Of a stretch of 64,000 bases of DNA, positions 50,120-60,030 are shown one piece after another. A program made the position numbers and the translations under genes. The notes under the pieces are model-generated. The model made no database searches. It was given only the letters and a program-made list of their open reading frames with translations, and was not told where the DNA came from. Position 1 is the stretch's first letter; each line of letters starts with the position of its first letter. Origin of the DNA: Candidatus Latescibacterota bacterium (GTDB lineage: Bacteria; Latescibacterota; UBA2968; GCA-2709665); NCBI GenBank assembly GCA_965208835.1, contig OZ242358.1, positions 1,248,001 through 1,312,000 of the forward strand, in the 5' to 3' direction.

Positions 50120-51631
50120 ATGTCCACGCAGCAGGCGTACGAGGACCTCATCGGTCATTGGAAGGAACTCCAGTTGCTGGAGTCCTGCGCGGCCGTGCTG
50201 GGTTGGGACGAACGCACGTATATGCCCCGCGGCGGCGCGGCGCACCGTGCCGAACAGCACGCCCTGCTGGCCGGGATGGCGCACGAGCGGGCGACGGCGC
50301 CCGTGGTGGGAGAATTGCTGTCGCGCATCGAGAAGGGTGATGAGCACTTCCAGCCGGACTCGGCGCCTGCGGTGAACGTACGGGAAATCCGGCGAGAATA
50401 CGACCGACGGACCAAGTTGCCGCAGTCCCTGGTGGTGGCGCTCGCGAAGGCCACAACGTTGGCGGAACAGGCCTGGCAGGAGGCGCGGGAGAAATCGACG
50501 TTCGAGGTGTTCCGTCCGCATCTCAAAGAGGTGGTAGGGCTCACCCGGGAGATGGCGGCGGCGCTAAGGACCGAAGGTTCGGCATACGATGCGCTCCTGG
50601 ACCGGTTTGAACCTGGAGAAACCTCGAAGAATCTCAAGAGGGTGTTTGGGGCGCTACGGGACGAACTGGCCCCGCTGGTCGCGGCGATTGTGGATTCGGG
50701 AAGGGCGCCCGACGCATCGATCCTTACCCGCGACTATCCCGTGACCGAACAGGCGTCTTTCGGCGTCGCCGCGGCGACGGCCATGGGTTTCGACTTCGAG
50801 CGCGGGCGGCTGGATGAGACCGTGCACCCATTCTGTTCGGGGATCGGCCCCGGAGACACGAGAATAACCACCCGGTACGACCGCAACCAGTTTGCGCAGG
50901 CTTTCTTCGGTACGCTCCACGAGGCGGGTCACGGCATGTATGACCAGGGACTGGATGACGCGCATTCGGGAACGCCGATGGCAGACGCGGTGTCTCTGGG
51001 AATTCACGAGTCCCAGTCCCGGATGTGGGAGAATTTCGTGGGGCGCGGCCGGGCGTTCTGGACGCACTTTTTTCCGAAAGCGCGGGATGTGTTTCCCGCG
51101 GCTCTGACGGACGTATCGCCGGATGCGTTCTATTTCGCGGTAAACGATGTGCGGCCCTCGTTCATCCGGGTGGAGGCGGACGAGGCCACGTACAATTTGC
51201 ACATTTTGCTGCGATTCGCGCTGGAGGAGGCGCTGGTGGAGGGCGATCTGACGGTAGCGGACGTCCCCGGCGCGTGGAACGAGCGGTTCGAGAAGGATTT
51301 CGGCTTGAATCCGCCGGATGACGCGCACGGGTGTCTTCAGGACGTGCACTGGAGTGCAGGGTTGATCGGATATTTTCCTACCTATACGCTTGGAAATCTC
51401 TACGCCGCTCAGTTTTTCGAAGCGGCCCGCACGGATCTTGGCGATCTCGACGGGCAGTTCGCCAAAGGAATGTTCGGCCCGCTGCTGGGTTGGCTGAGGG
51501 ACAGGATCCATCGGCACGGAATGCGCTATCGGGCGACGGAACTGGTGGAGGTGGTTTCAGGGGAACCCCTGGGTCACAGGGCATTGATGACGCATCTGAA
51601 GGCCAAATTCGGACCGCTTTATGGGGTTTGA
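50120..51631 (+). CDS. Carboxypeptidase, M32 (Taq) family
   Basis: LGWDERTYMP, HPF, RITTRY, HEAGH, HESQS, IRVEADE, QDVHW and GYFPTY; start taken at ATG 50120. Confidence 0.95.
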   Translation: MSTQQAYEDLIGHWKELQLLESCAAVLGWDERTYMPRGGAAHRAEQHALLAGMAHERATAPVVGELLSRIEKGDEHFQPDSAPAVNVREIRREYDRRTKLPQSLVVALAKATTLAEQAWQEAREKSTFEVFRPHLKEVVGLTREMAAALRTEGSAYDALLDRFEPGETSKNLKRVFGALRDELAPLVAAIVDSGRAPDASILTRDYPVTEQASFGVAAATAMGFDFERGRLDETVHPFCSGIGPGDTRITTRYDRNQFAQAFFGTLHEAGHGMYDQGLDDAHSGTPMADAVSLGIHESQSRMWENFVGRGRAFWTHFFPKARDVFPAALTDVSPDAFYFAVNDVRPSFIRVEADEATYNLHILLRFALEEALVEGDLTVADVPGAWNERFEKDFGLNPPDDAHGCLQDVHWSAGLIGYFPTYTLGNLYAAQFFEAARTDLGDLDGQFAKGMFGPLLGWLRDRIHRHGMRYRATELVEVVSGEPLGHRALMTHLKAKFGPLYGV

Positions 51632-52580
51632 TCCTTCGGACATCCGGCCGGTGATTCTGGATGCGGACCCGGGCGTGGACGACGCCCTGGCCATCATGCT
51701 GGCGCTGGGCTCCCCCGAACTGCAGGTGCTTGGCATCTGCACCGTGAGCGGCAACGTGCCGCTGGATATCGGAACCGGGAACGCGCTGAAGGTGCTGGCT
51801 TTGCTGGGTCGCGACGAGGTTCCTGTTTACCCCGGCGCTGAAGGTCCGCTCCGGAAGGAAGCCGTTTTCGCCACCGAGGTACACGGACCCGGAGGACTGG
51901 GGGATTCCGGATTGCCGCTGCCAGGCCGCTCGCCTGCGGGTGACGCGGTCTCGTTTATGATCGAGACCCTTTTGGCGCGGCCACGGGAGGTGACGTTGAT
52001 CGCCGTCGGGCCGCTGACCAACCTGGCCCTGGCGGAAGCGCGGGCGCCCGGGGTGTTGAAGAAAGCCCGGGAGGTGTGTGTGATGGGCGGCGCCGTCGAC
52101 GAGCCCGGTAACGTTACGCCGTTGGCGGAGTTCAATTTCTTCGCCGATCCCGACGCCGCCAGACAGGTCCTTCGTTCCGGTGCAGACGTTACACTGGCGC
52201 CTCTGGACGTGACCCATCGGGTGGCATTGGAAGCATCGCATCTTGCACAATTTCCCGCGTCGCCCGCAGGTGTCTTCGTAAGAGAAGCGGTGCGGCCCGC
52301 CATGGATCTCATCAGGCGGGTTCAGAATCGACATCGTTTTTTTCTGCACGATCCGTTGGCGGTGGGGCTGGCGATCGATCCGTCAGTTTTTGGATTCGAG
52401 ACCGTATTCGCGGACGTGGAGACAGAGGGTGTTCTCACCGCGGGACAGGTTGTGGCGGACCGGCGGTCGTTCACGAAGGTCGGGAACCGCAAGGGACTGC
52501 CTGTGAACTGCGCGATGGACGTGGATGCCGGTCGATTCCTGGCGTTATTCCTGTCCCGGATTTTACCTTCAGCCGTATAG
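51621..52580 (+). CDS. Inosine/uridine-preferring nucleoside hydrolase family protein
   Basis: DADPGVDDA, GPLTNLA, AEFNFFADP and LHDP motifs. Confidence 0.93.
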   Translation: MGFDPSDIRPVILDADPGVDDALAIMLALGSPELQVLGICTVSGNVPLDIGTGNALKVLALLGRDEVPVYPGAEGPLRKEAVFATEVHGPGGLGDSGLPLPGRSPAGDAVSFMIETLLARPREVTLIAVGPLTNLALAEARAPGVLKKAREVCVMGGAVDEPGNVTPLAEFNFFADPDAARQVLRSGADVTLAPLDVTHRVALEASHLAQFPASPAGVFVREAVRPAMDLIRRVQNRHRFFLHDPLAVGLAIDPSVFGFETVFADVETEGVLTAGQVVADRRSFTKVGNRKGLPVNCAMDVDAGRFLALFLSRILPSAV

Positions 52581-52740
52581 CAGCCCGTTGAAAAAGTCCA
52601 TCCGGGCTACGGCCGGCCCTTGCGGTCGAAATACTGCGTTGCGCTCCCTCGCCGAATCGAGGGATGGGACTCGGTCGCGCGCCTTGTCTTCGACCACAAT
52701 GGCTCGGCCTCGCCTGCAGAGCGACTTTCTCAACGGACTG
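52581..52740. mobile_element. MITE-like palindromic element with terminal inverted repeats and a 4-bp ATAG duplication
   Basis: ATAG|CAGCCCGTTGAAAAAGTC...GACTTTCTCAACGGACTG|ATAG; the interior is imperfectly self-complementary. Confidence 0.8.
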
Positions 52741-52761
52741 ATAGCGGAAGGGTTTCCTGGG

Positions 52762-53508
52762 TTGAAAGCAATCATCATCGGCGCGGGGCGAGGAATGCGA
52801 TTAATGCCGCATACGAAAGACGCTCCGAAATGTCTTGCGGTGGTGAAGGGCCGGCGCATTCTGGATTGGGGCCTGGACGCATTGCGTTCGGCCGGCTTGC
52901 ACGATATCGTCTTCGTCGGCGGCTACCGCATCGAGCAGGTGCAGATCGGGTATCCCGGCCTTACGTATTGTCACAACGCGGACTGGCCGAATAACAACAT
53001 CCTGATGTCCCTGATGCACGCTGAATTCCATATGGACGAAGGCTTCGTCTGCGCCTATTCGGATATTCTCTACAGACCTGAGATTGTCTCGAATCTGATG
53101 CGCAGTACGCACGAGATCACGCTCGTCTGCGATACGGCCTGGCGGACGCGATATCAGAAACGGACCGAGCATCCTGAGTACGACGCCGAGAAAGTGGCCA
53201 GCGTGGGCAACCGGGTGGTAGCGATCGGAAGAAACCTGCCCGGCGAAATCGCACACGGCGAGTATACGGGCATTGCCCGTTTCGGACGAGACGGAACCGT
53301 GCAGTTGCGGGAAGCCTATCACCGGGCAAAGACGTTGTACAACGGCCGGTCTTTTCAATCGGCCGCCACCTTTCAGAAAGCGTATCTGATCGACTTGTAT
53401 CAGGAGATGCTTGACGCCGAGGTCCCGATCCATCTGATGGAGACGGACGGAGGGTACATGGAAATCGACACGAATCAGGATTTCCGGATCGCGCGGGAGG
53501 AATGGTAG
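52762..53508 (+). CDS. NTP transferase, phosphocholine/phosphonate cytidylyltransferase (LicC-like) family
   Basis: TTG start, KAIIIGAGRGMRL...PKCL, YSDI, EYTG and EIDT. The longer ORF extends into the MITE-like element. Confidence 0.85.
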   Translation: MKAIIIGAGRGMRLMPHTKDAPKCLAVVKGRRILDWGLDALRSAGLHDIVFVGGYRIEQVQIGYPGLTYCHNADWPNNNILMSLMHAEFHMDEGFVCAYSDILYRPEIVSNLMRSTHEITLVCDTAWRTRYQKRTEHPEYDAEKVASVGNRVVAIGRNLPGEIAHGEYTGIARFGRDGTVQLREAYHRAKTLYNGRSFQSAATFQKAYLIDLYQEMLDAEVPIHLMETDGGYMEIDTNQDFRIAREEW

Positions 53509-53509
53509 C

Positions 53510-54571
53510 ATGGGAAGCAACCGGATTCTATTCCCCGCCGGGGTCGTCGGAAGCATGCCTCGGTCACAGTTCGTGCGGGACCTGCTGGATCCCGGAAAAG
53601 CGCCTGATGATCCCGACGAGTTATCCGTCCGGATGGATGCCGCCGTGGACTACGTTCTGGCGTTGCAGGAAGCCGCCGGCCTGGACATCGTCTCCGACGG
53701 GGAATACCGCCGCCGGTCCTATATCGGCATTATCGCCGATGTCGCGGACGGGTTCGCGCGCGAACGGAAGGGTGGACGCTGGTGGCACACGGTGGTGGAA
53801 CCCGTCGAAGCGAAACGGACGGGTCTTGCCGCGGCCGAGGCGAAATATTTGAAGGCCCGGACCGGGAAAGCCATCAAGGTGTGCCTGCCTTCCCCCTATC
53901 TGCTTGGCCAGCGGATGTGGCATCCGCAACGTTCGATCGACGCGTATCCCACGCGCGAAGCGTTTATGCGCGCACTGGTGCCCATTCTGCGGGGCGAACT
54001 GCTGTTGCTGCGGGACGCGGGCGCCGACGTGGTCCAGTTCGACGACCCGCACCTCTGTCTGTTTGTGGATCCCGATGTTCGCGGGAGCTACGAGAACCCG
54101 GACCGGGAGGTGGACCTCTCCGTGGATCTCCTGAACGAGATTGTGGACGGCGTTGACGGGTTGGCCGTGGCCGTGCACCTGTGCCGGAGAAACAAGGGCC
54201 GCGCCGGCTGGGTCGGTCAGGGAGGATACGGACCGATTCTGTCCGCTCTGCTGCGTTTGAACGTGGATCAGTACGTGATGGAATTCGCCGTCCCCGCCGC
54301 GGGTGATATGGACGTATTGGAGCAGATCCCGCAAGACCGGCAGGTGGGACTTGGGTGCGTGGACTGCAGGTCTCCCAGGATCGATGCCGTGGGTGAAATT
54401 ATGCATCGGGTGGAAAACGCTTTGGAATTCCTGCGCCCGGAACAGATCGTACTGAATCCCGATTGCGGCTTTGCGCCGGGCAACGCGGCGGAAATCCCCG
54501 TTGAGGAGGCCTACGCGAAGCTGCGCAACGAGGCGGGCGCCGCGCGACAACTGAGGGAGAAATACGGATAG
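53510..54571 (+). CDS. Cobalamin-independent methionine synthase II family protein
   Basis: VGSMPR, SDGEYRR, QFDDP, HLCRRN and NPDCGF motifs. Confidence 0.88.
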   Translation: MGSNRILFPAGVVGSMPRSQFVRDLLDPGKAPDDPDELSVRMDAAVDYVLALQEAAGLDIVSDGEYRRRSYIGIIADVADGFARERKGGRWWHTVVEPVEAKRTGLAAAEAKYLKARTGKAIKVCLPSPYLLGQRMWHPQRSIDAYPTREAFMRALVPILRGELLLLRDAGADVVQFDDPHLCLFVDPDVRGSYENPDREVDLSVDLLNEIVDGVDGLAVAVHLCRRNKGRAGWVGQGGYGPILSALLRLNVDQYVMEFAVPAAGDMDVLEQIPQDRQVGLGCVDCRSPRIDAVGEIMHRVENALEFLRPEQIVLNPDCGFAPGNAAEIPVEEAYAKLRNEAGAARQLREKYG

Positions 54572-54589
54572 GCGGAAATCGCTGTCGCG

Positions 54590-55549
54590 TCAGGGATTTT
54601 TCCGGAGCTGGAGGTACGATTCGTATCGCCGGCGGGAGACTTCGTCGCGGTCCACTGCATCCTTGACGATGCAGCCCGGTTCGCTGCCGTGGGTACAGTT
54701 CCGAAAACGGCAATGTCCGGGCAGGTTCCGGAATTCCGGAAAGAGCCCGGGGATTTCTTCCGTATCTATCTCCCACAGGTGGAATTCACGTATGCCCGGC
54801 AGATCGCCGACCATGCCTCCGGCGTCGAGTTCGACGAGTTCCGTGTGGGTGGTCGTGTGACGGCCTTCCCCGGTGGTTTCGCTGACTTCGCTCGTCCGCA
54901 ACTCGAGGCCCGGCTGCAGCCAGTTGAGCAGGCTGGATTTACCCACCCCCGACGGCCCCATGAAAAGCGAAATCCGGTTCCTCAGGAGGTTGAGGAACGC
55001 TTGCCTGCCTCTATCGGAAACGATGCTCGTGAACACAACCGGGTATCCGATTTGCTCGTAGACCGAAGCCGTCGTCTCGAACGCGGCGAGGCAGGGCAGG
55101 TCCAGTTTGTTGAAACAGATGGCGGCCGGGATCTCCCACCATTCCGCAACGGCCAGCATCCGGTCAAGCATATTCCAGTCCGGCGGCGGTTCGTCCACCG
55201 AGAAGACCGGCATGAGTTGATCGATGTTGGCTGCCAGGATCTGTTCTTTCCCTGAACTACCCGATGCTCTTCTGGATATCTTGTTGCGCCTGGGCAGAAC
55301 TTCACGGATAAGACCGGTATTCCCTTCGCCGGTATCGATCCGTACCCGGTCACCAATTGCAACGGGGTCCACGACCCGCGTGCGGCGGACGGCCTGTACC
55401 CGGTTTCGCCGCGAACCGGGCGCCGCTTCGGGGTATTGAAGCTGTTTTCTCAATTTGCTCGAAACGGCACAGTCGACCACCCGGTTTCCAACGGCGACGT
55501 AGTAGTGCCTGCGGTGTTCCCGGATGACAATGCCTTCTATGTGTTCCAT
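54590..55549 (-). CDS. rsgA: Ribosome small subunit-dependent GTPase A
   Basis: AIGD, NKLD, GPSGVGKSS, GRHTTT, DLPG and CRFRNCTHGSEPGC; start taken at ATG 55549. Confidence 0.95.
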   Translation of the reverse strand: MEHIEGIVIREHRRHYYVAVGNRVVDCAVSSKLRKQLQYPEAAPGSRRNRVQAVRRTRVVDPVAIGDRVRIDTGEGNTGLIREVLPRRNKISRRASGSSGKEQILAANIDQLMPVFSVDEPPPDWNMLDRMLAVAEWWEIPAAICFNKLDLPCLAAFETTASVYEQIGYPVVFTSIVSDRGRQAFLNLLRNRISLFMGPSGVGKSSLLNWLQPGLELRTSEVSETTGEGRHTTTHTELVELDAGGMVGDLPGIREFHLWEIDTEEIPGLFPEFRNLPGHCRFRNCTHGSEPGCIVKDAVDRDEVSRRRYESYLQLRKNP

Positions 55550-55800
55550 AACGGGTCCGGCAAGCTGAAAGTGTTCCGATCCACATTGTTCCGTCGGGCG
55601 TTGTCGACTTTCCAACGTGCTGTAAAAAGAAGGTTTATGGTAGATATCAGCCAACGGGCAACGGGCTGCGGGGCACGGAAAATACGGAGCCGAAATTTCT
55701 TTGTCAAGAAAAACGACTACATAGCGCATATTCCGATTCGCGCCCGTCGGGAGCCCGGTGAATCGGGTTGACTTTGTACGGCCATTTGTATATTCTTCCA

Positions 55801-55979
55801 GAGGCGGGAAGAGGTGAGACGGAAGCCGGGAGAAGAAATCCTTGCCGATCTGTTCCTCCTCTATGCCTCCGGCAAAATTTGAAACCCTACGAGGCAGGTC
55901 GTCTCTAACCTCTTACGTCTCCCGTCTCCCCGCATTTTTTCTTCTCTCTACCCGCGTTCAGGCTTTTTGTGGCCAATTT
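55801..55979 (-). repeat. Interspersed long-hairpin element, copy 3 of 4
   Basis: Minus-strand core CCTGCCTCG...TGCC-GGA-GGCA...GGCAAGGATTTCTTCTCCC. Confidence 0.8.
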
Positions 55980-56012
55980 GGCGCTTATCTTTTTTCGAAT
56001 TGAGATTTTATC

Positions 56013-56762
56013 GTGGAACAGGATCTGTCACCGATTTTCAAGCGCTGGATCTTCGATCCACAGAAGACCTGTGCCAGAAAGATCGTGGGAATCGACGGAC
56101 GGGAGAAGCTTCAGGTCCGTTTCGAGCTGGGCCTTTTGCAGATGGAGATGACCGGTCGACCCGACGGCAAGTCCCCCAAAGGATATGGCTCGGCCCTTGA
56201 TGCGTACCTCGATCGTCTGGAGGCGCACCGCCGACAACACGGTTCAGATGAAGGTTTCCGGCTGGATGAACAGGCATGCAATGTGTTGTGGACGGAGGGA
56301 GTACAATTCTATCAGCGGTACGTCTGCCTGATGCATCTGGGCGACTATGAAGGGGTTTTGAGGGACACCACGCACAATCTGGCGTTGCTTGATCTGGTGA
56401 GGACATTTTCCGGAGATGAAGAGATCAAGTGTGAGTTTGAGCGTTCACGGACGTGCGTTCTCATGGTACACACCAGATCCAAGGGTGAAATCTGTCTGCT
56501 GAATGGAGATTCCGAGGGTGCACTGGAGGTGGTGCGGGAGGGTATCGAGGAAATCCGGAGCTTTCTGATCGAGTCGGGAGACCCGGACTCGCTCGAATGC
56601 AGTGATGAACTTCGTACGCTGGAAGAATGGGAGGATGAGATTCAGCGGAAATACCCCGCCTGCGCCAGGGAGAACCTTCTGGATCAGATTCAGACGGCGG
56701 TCGCAATGGAGCGTTACGAACAGGCTGCGATCTTGAGAAACCGTCTTCGCGGACTCAACTAA
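56013..56762 (+). CDS. UvrB/UvrC-motif-containing conserved protein
   Basis: GLLQMEMTGRPDG and a C-terminal UVR motif AVAMERYEQAAILRN. Confidence 0.82.
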   Translation: MEQDLSPIFKRWIFDPQKTCARKIVGIDGREKLQVRFELGLLQMEMTGRPDGKSPKGYGSALDAYLDRLEAHRRQHGSDEGFRLDEQACNVLWTEGVQFYQRYVCLMHLGDYEGVLRDTTHNLALLDLVRTFSGDEEIKCEFERSRTCVLMVHTRSKGEICLLNGDSEGALEVVREGIEEIRSFLIESGDPDSLECSDELRTLEEWEDEIQRKYPACARENLLDQIQTAVAMERYEQAAILRNRLRGLN

Positions 56763-56925
56763 GAAGCTGTTTTAAAATTCCCAGCGGTCTTCGCACGGCT
56801 GCAAAAGCGCCGGTCGGCGTTGGTCAAACCCACCCGTATAAACAAATATGGGCGGATTTTCCCGCCTTGACCGCCACTTTTTCGCTCGCGCTCTGGAACT
56901 CACCGGTAATTTTAAAAACAGCTTC
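56763..56925. mobile_element. Second MITE-like palindromic element
   Basis: GAAGCTGTTTTAAAATT...AATTTTAAAAACAGCTTC with an imperfectly paired interior. It starts immediately after the TAA of the upstream gene. No clean target duplication. Confidence 0.7.
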
Positions 56926-57000
56926 TGAATTCGTTTCCGACAGCCGAACAGGATGTCCACGCGGGGCTGCGGCGCCGTGCGGACGACAAAACAGCATATT

Positions 57001-57041
57001 CCGAATCTGAGCAGCGATGCGTTTTCAGATCCGGTTTTTTT
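57001..57041 (+). terminator. Rho-independent terminator-like hairpin
   Basis: CCGAATCTGA...TCAGATCCGG followed by a run of seven T. Confidence 0.5.
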
Positions 57042-57106
57042 GTTTGTGGAGGCGGTGCCGTTCCTGATTTTTTCGTGTCGAATGACGGCGGCTGAAGTGA
57101 GGGGGC

Positions 57107-58366
57107 ATGGGTCCTGAGTTCATGATCGCACGCAGGCATTTCCGGTCATTGCGCGCCCGGAGGCGGATCTCGTTTACGATTGGTATCGCCGCGGTCGGCG
57201 TGGCATTGGGTGTGTCGTCGCTGGTGATTGTGATGTCCGTCATGAACGGGTACACCAATATGATTCGCGAGCGTCTGCTTGGCGTGAACGCGCATTTGAC
57301 CGTGCGAAAGTCCTATCGCAAGCCCATTTCGGACTACGGGCCGGTGATCCGCACTTTGGAAGACCACCCTGAGGTGCTTGCGGTGTCTCCCTTTATTCAT
57401 GCGGAGGGGTTTGTCTTCCGGAAGCCGGCCGCGGCGGGTGTGGTGAAGTCGGGTGTTCTTGTGCGAGGTGTCGACCCGGGGGCCTTTGTCCGTACCAGCG
57501 ACGTGGGTACTTACATCCGGGACGGGACAATAGATCTCGGTCCACGCGAGCAAAAGGGTTCGCGGGCGGTACACGGCATCCTGTTGGGCCAGGTTCTGGC
57601 ACAAAGACTTGATGCAGGCCCCGGGGACGATGTGTACCTGGGCCTGGTACCGAAGAACATCCTCGGCGGCCGTGGACGCCGCTGGCAGCGTTACCGGGTG
57701 ACCGGGGTCTTCAACACCGGTTATTTCGAGTTCGATTCCCGTCTTGTCTATGTCTCGCTCGACGCCGCGAGGCGGGACCTGGGCTGGCAGGACGCCGTAA
57801 CCGGTATCCGAATGCGATTGCGGGACCCGATGGCAGCCGACCGGTTGGGCGCGACGTTCAGACAGCTCCTGCGTGAGACGTATCCCGGTCTATTTGCCTC
57901 TTCGTGGACGCGGAACTTCGGGAGTTTCTACGTATTGATCCAGTTGCAGAAATGGACGTTCTTCCTGATTCTGAGCCTTATCGTGGTTGTGGCGGGGTTT
58001 AACATCATCAGTATTCTCACGATGATTGTCACCGATCGTCGCCGGGAAATCGGCATCCTCAAGGCAATGGGAATGATCCCGGGGCGAATCGGACGGATCT
58101 TTACGCTGGAAGGCCTGGTCGTCGGCGTGACGGGAATCGCAATCGGGAATCTGCTTGGGTTCTCCGTCTGCTGGATTCAGAAGCAATTCGAAGTGATCCG
58201 GGTTCCGGGAGAGGTCTACTACGTCAGTGCGTTGCCGGTGGAGATGCGCCCGGAGGATTTCGGGCTTGTGTCCCTGTGCGCCATTCTGATCTGTTACCTT
58301 TTCAGCCTGTATCCGTCCCGGGATGCGGCAGCCCTGGATCCGGTGGATGCGATCCGCTATGAGTGA
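57107..58366 (+). CDS. LolC/LolE-family lipoprotein-releasing ABC permease
   Basis: GVALGV...VMSVMNG, VAGFNIISIL, EIGILKAMG and LDPVDAIRYE motifs. Confidence 0.92.
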   Translation: MGPEFMIARRHFRSLRARRRISFTIGIAAVGVALGVSSLVIVMSVMNGYTNMIRERLLGVNAHLTVRKSYRKPISDYGPVIRTLEDHPEVLAVSPFIHAEGFVFRKPAAAGVVKSGVLVRGVDPGAFVRTSDVGTYIRDGTIDLGPREQKGSRAVHGILLGQVLAQRLDAGPGDDVYLGLVPKNILGGRGRRWQRYRVTGVFNTGYFEFDSRLVYVSLDAARRDLGWQDAVTGIRMRLRDPMAADRLGATFRQLLRETYPGLFASSWTRNFGSFYVLIQLQKWTFFLILSLIVVVAGFNIISILTMIVTDRRREIGILKAMGMIPGRIGRIFTLEGLVVGVTGIAIGNLLGFSVCWIQKQFEVIRVPGEVYYVSALPVEMRPEDFGLVSLCAILICYLFSLYPSRDAAALDPVDAIRYE

Positions 58367-58458
58367 TCGCCGTCGCGCGCAGGCTCCCGGGTACCGGACG
58401 TGGCGGGTGGGCCGCACGGTCCCTGGCGATGGCATCGGTCCCGGGCAGGAGATCGGCG

Positions 58459-59709
58459 ATGTATGAGTTCCTGATTGCACGACGGTATCTTCGCTCGATG
58501 CGGCGCCGGAAACGGGTCTCGTTCACGGTGGTGGTGGCGGCGGGGGGCGTGGGTCTGGGCGTCGCGGCGTTGGTGATCGTGTTATCGGTGTCGAACGGAT
58601 TCTCGACGCTGGTATGGGACCGGTTGCTGGGAGTAAACGCACATGCGACGTTGAGGAAGGAGGCAGGGCAGCGGATCGAAGACCCCGGGAAACTCCTGAA
58701 CGCACTGTCCGCCCTTCCGCAGGTTACTGCCGTTTCTCCGTTTGTGGCTTCGGAAGGCGCCCTGTTGCACCGGTCCTTCGACGACGAGGTATATAGCGCG
58801 GGTGTGATGGTGCGGGGCGTAACGCCGGACGGATTGGAGGCGGTAAGCGATCTGGCGGACTATATCTGGGGAGGCGCGCTGGACCTCGGTCCCCGGGAAA
58901 CGGAAGGACGCGGACGGGTATACGGTATCGTAATCGGACGCTATCTCGCCGATCAACTGGGTGTGCGGGTAGGATCCGAAGTGCATCTATGGATCCTGCC
59001 GCATGAGATTTTCGCCGCGCAGACCCGGTTCCGGCGTTATGTGGTCACCGGCATCTTCAATTCGGGCAACCCTGAGTTCGATAGCGGTCTGGCCTATGTC
59101 TCGCTTGCTGCAGCCCGACGGGACCTGGGTTGGGAGAACCACATTACAGGCGTCCGCCTCCGTTTCGGCGATGCGTATCGGGCGCAGGAAATCAGTGCGG
59201 CTGTCGAGGAATCGGTCAGAAGGCTGGATCCGGCGCTTGCCGCGCATCCCTGGATGCGGGACCACGGCAATCTGTATTTTTCGATTCACCTGGAGAAGTG
59301 GGCGAGTTTTCTGGGTATCGGGCTGATCGTTGTGGTGGCCGGCTTCAACATCGTCAGCGTGCTGACCATGAATGTGGCCGAAAGGCGCCGGGAGATTGGC
59401 ATTCTGAAGACCCTTGGGGTGCCGCCGCGACGGATTGGACGGATATTTACCTGGCAGGGTCTGGCTGTGGGGCTGTCCGGCGTGTTGTTTGGAAATCTGG
59501 TGGGTTTTGCCCTGTGCTGGGCGCAGCAGCGGTACGAACTTCTGAAGATTCCGGGAGATGTCCTGATCACGCAGGCGTTGCCCGTGGAGATGCAGGCGTC
59601 TGATTTTCTGGCGATCTCGGCCTCCGCCGCCCTGATCTGCTATCTGTTTACGCTGTTCCCCGCCAGAGACGCCGCTGCGCTGGACCCCGTTGAGGCAATC
59701 AGAGTGTAG
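58459..59709 (+). CDS. LolC/LolE-family lipoprotein-releasing ABC permease (second copy)
   Basis: AGGAG precedes ATG 58459 (MYEFLIARRYL); VLSVSNGF and EIGILKTLG motifs. Confidence 0.92.
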   Translation: MYEFLIARRYLRSMRRRKRVSFTVVVAAGGVGLGVAALVIVLSVSNGFSTLVWDRLLGVNAHATLRKEAGQRIEDPGKLLNALSALPQVTAVSPFVASEGALLHRSFDDEVYSAGVMVRGVTPDGLEAVSDLADYIWGGALDLGPRETEGRGRVYGIVIGRYLADQLGVRVGSEVHLWILPHEIFAAQTRFRRYVVTGIFNSGNPEFDSGLAYVSLAAARRDLGWENHITGVRLRFGDAYRAQEISAAVEESVRRLDPALAAHPWMRDHGNLYFSIHLEKWASFLGIGLIVVVAGFNIVSVLTMNVAERRREIGILKTLGVPPRRIGRIFTWQGLAVGLSGVLFGNLVGFALCWAQQRYELLKIPGDVLITQALPVEMQASDFLAISASAALICYLFTLFPARDAAALDPVEAIRV

Positions 59710-59771
59710 TCCGGGCAAACGTCCGGGACCGACGCTGACGGTAGAGCGAAAACGGAGCCCGAAAGGGTATA

Positions 59772-59936
59772 ATGGACCCCGATCCCTTCAAATCGTATCC
59801 GCACGGCGACCCCAGGCGTCCACCTTCGAGGGTGTTCCTGGTGCTGCTGGCCGTTGCCGTTGCGATTGCAGTCACTTTGTTCGCCGCCCTCATTGTCTAT
59901 CTGCGCGAGGTCTGGACCGCCCAGCCGCTGGGCTAG
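59772..59936 (+). CDS. Small single-pass membrane protein, 54 aa
   Basis: MDPDPFKSYPHGDPRRPPSRVFLVLLAVAVAIAVTLFAALIVYLREVWTAQPLG. GAAAGGG lies upstream and a terminator follows. Shorter than any ORF in the track. Confidence 0.6.
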   Translation: MDPDPFKSYPHGDPRRPPSRVFLVLLAVAVAIAVTLFAALIVYLREVWTAQPLG

Positions 59937-59955
59937 CAGTCCGTTGATAAAGTCG
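59933..59955 (+). mobile_element. Solo terminal repeat of the 52581-52740 MITE family
   Basis: CTAG|CAGTCCGTTGATAAAGTCG matches the reverse complement of 52722-52740. Confidence 0.65.
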
Positions 59956-59974
59956 CTGCTTGAAGTTAAATGCG

Positions 59975-60004
59975 AAAAGGCCCGGACAGCCGTCCGGGCT
60001 TTTT
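59975..60004. terminator. Bidirectional intrinsic terminator
   Basis: AAAA-GGCCCGGAC-agcc-GTCCGGGC-TTTTT between convergent genes. Confidence 0.85.
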
Positions 60005-60030
60005 AATTTCCTCATAGACGGGAACGCCAT

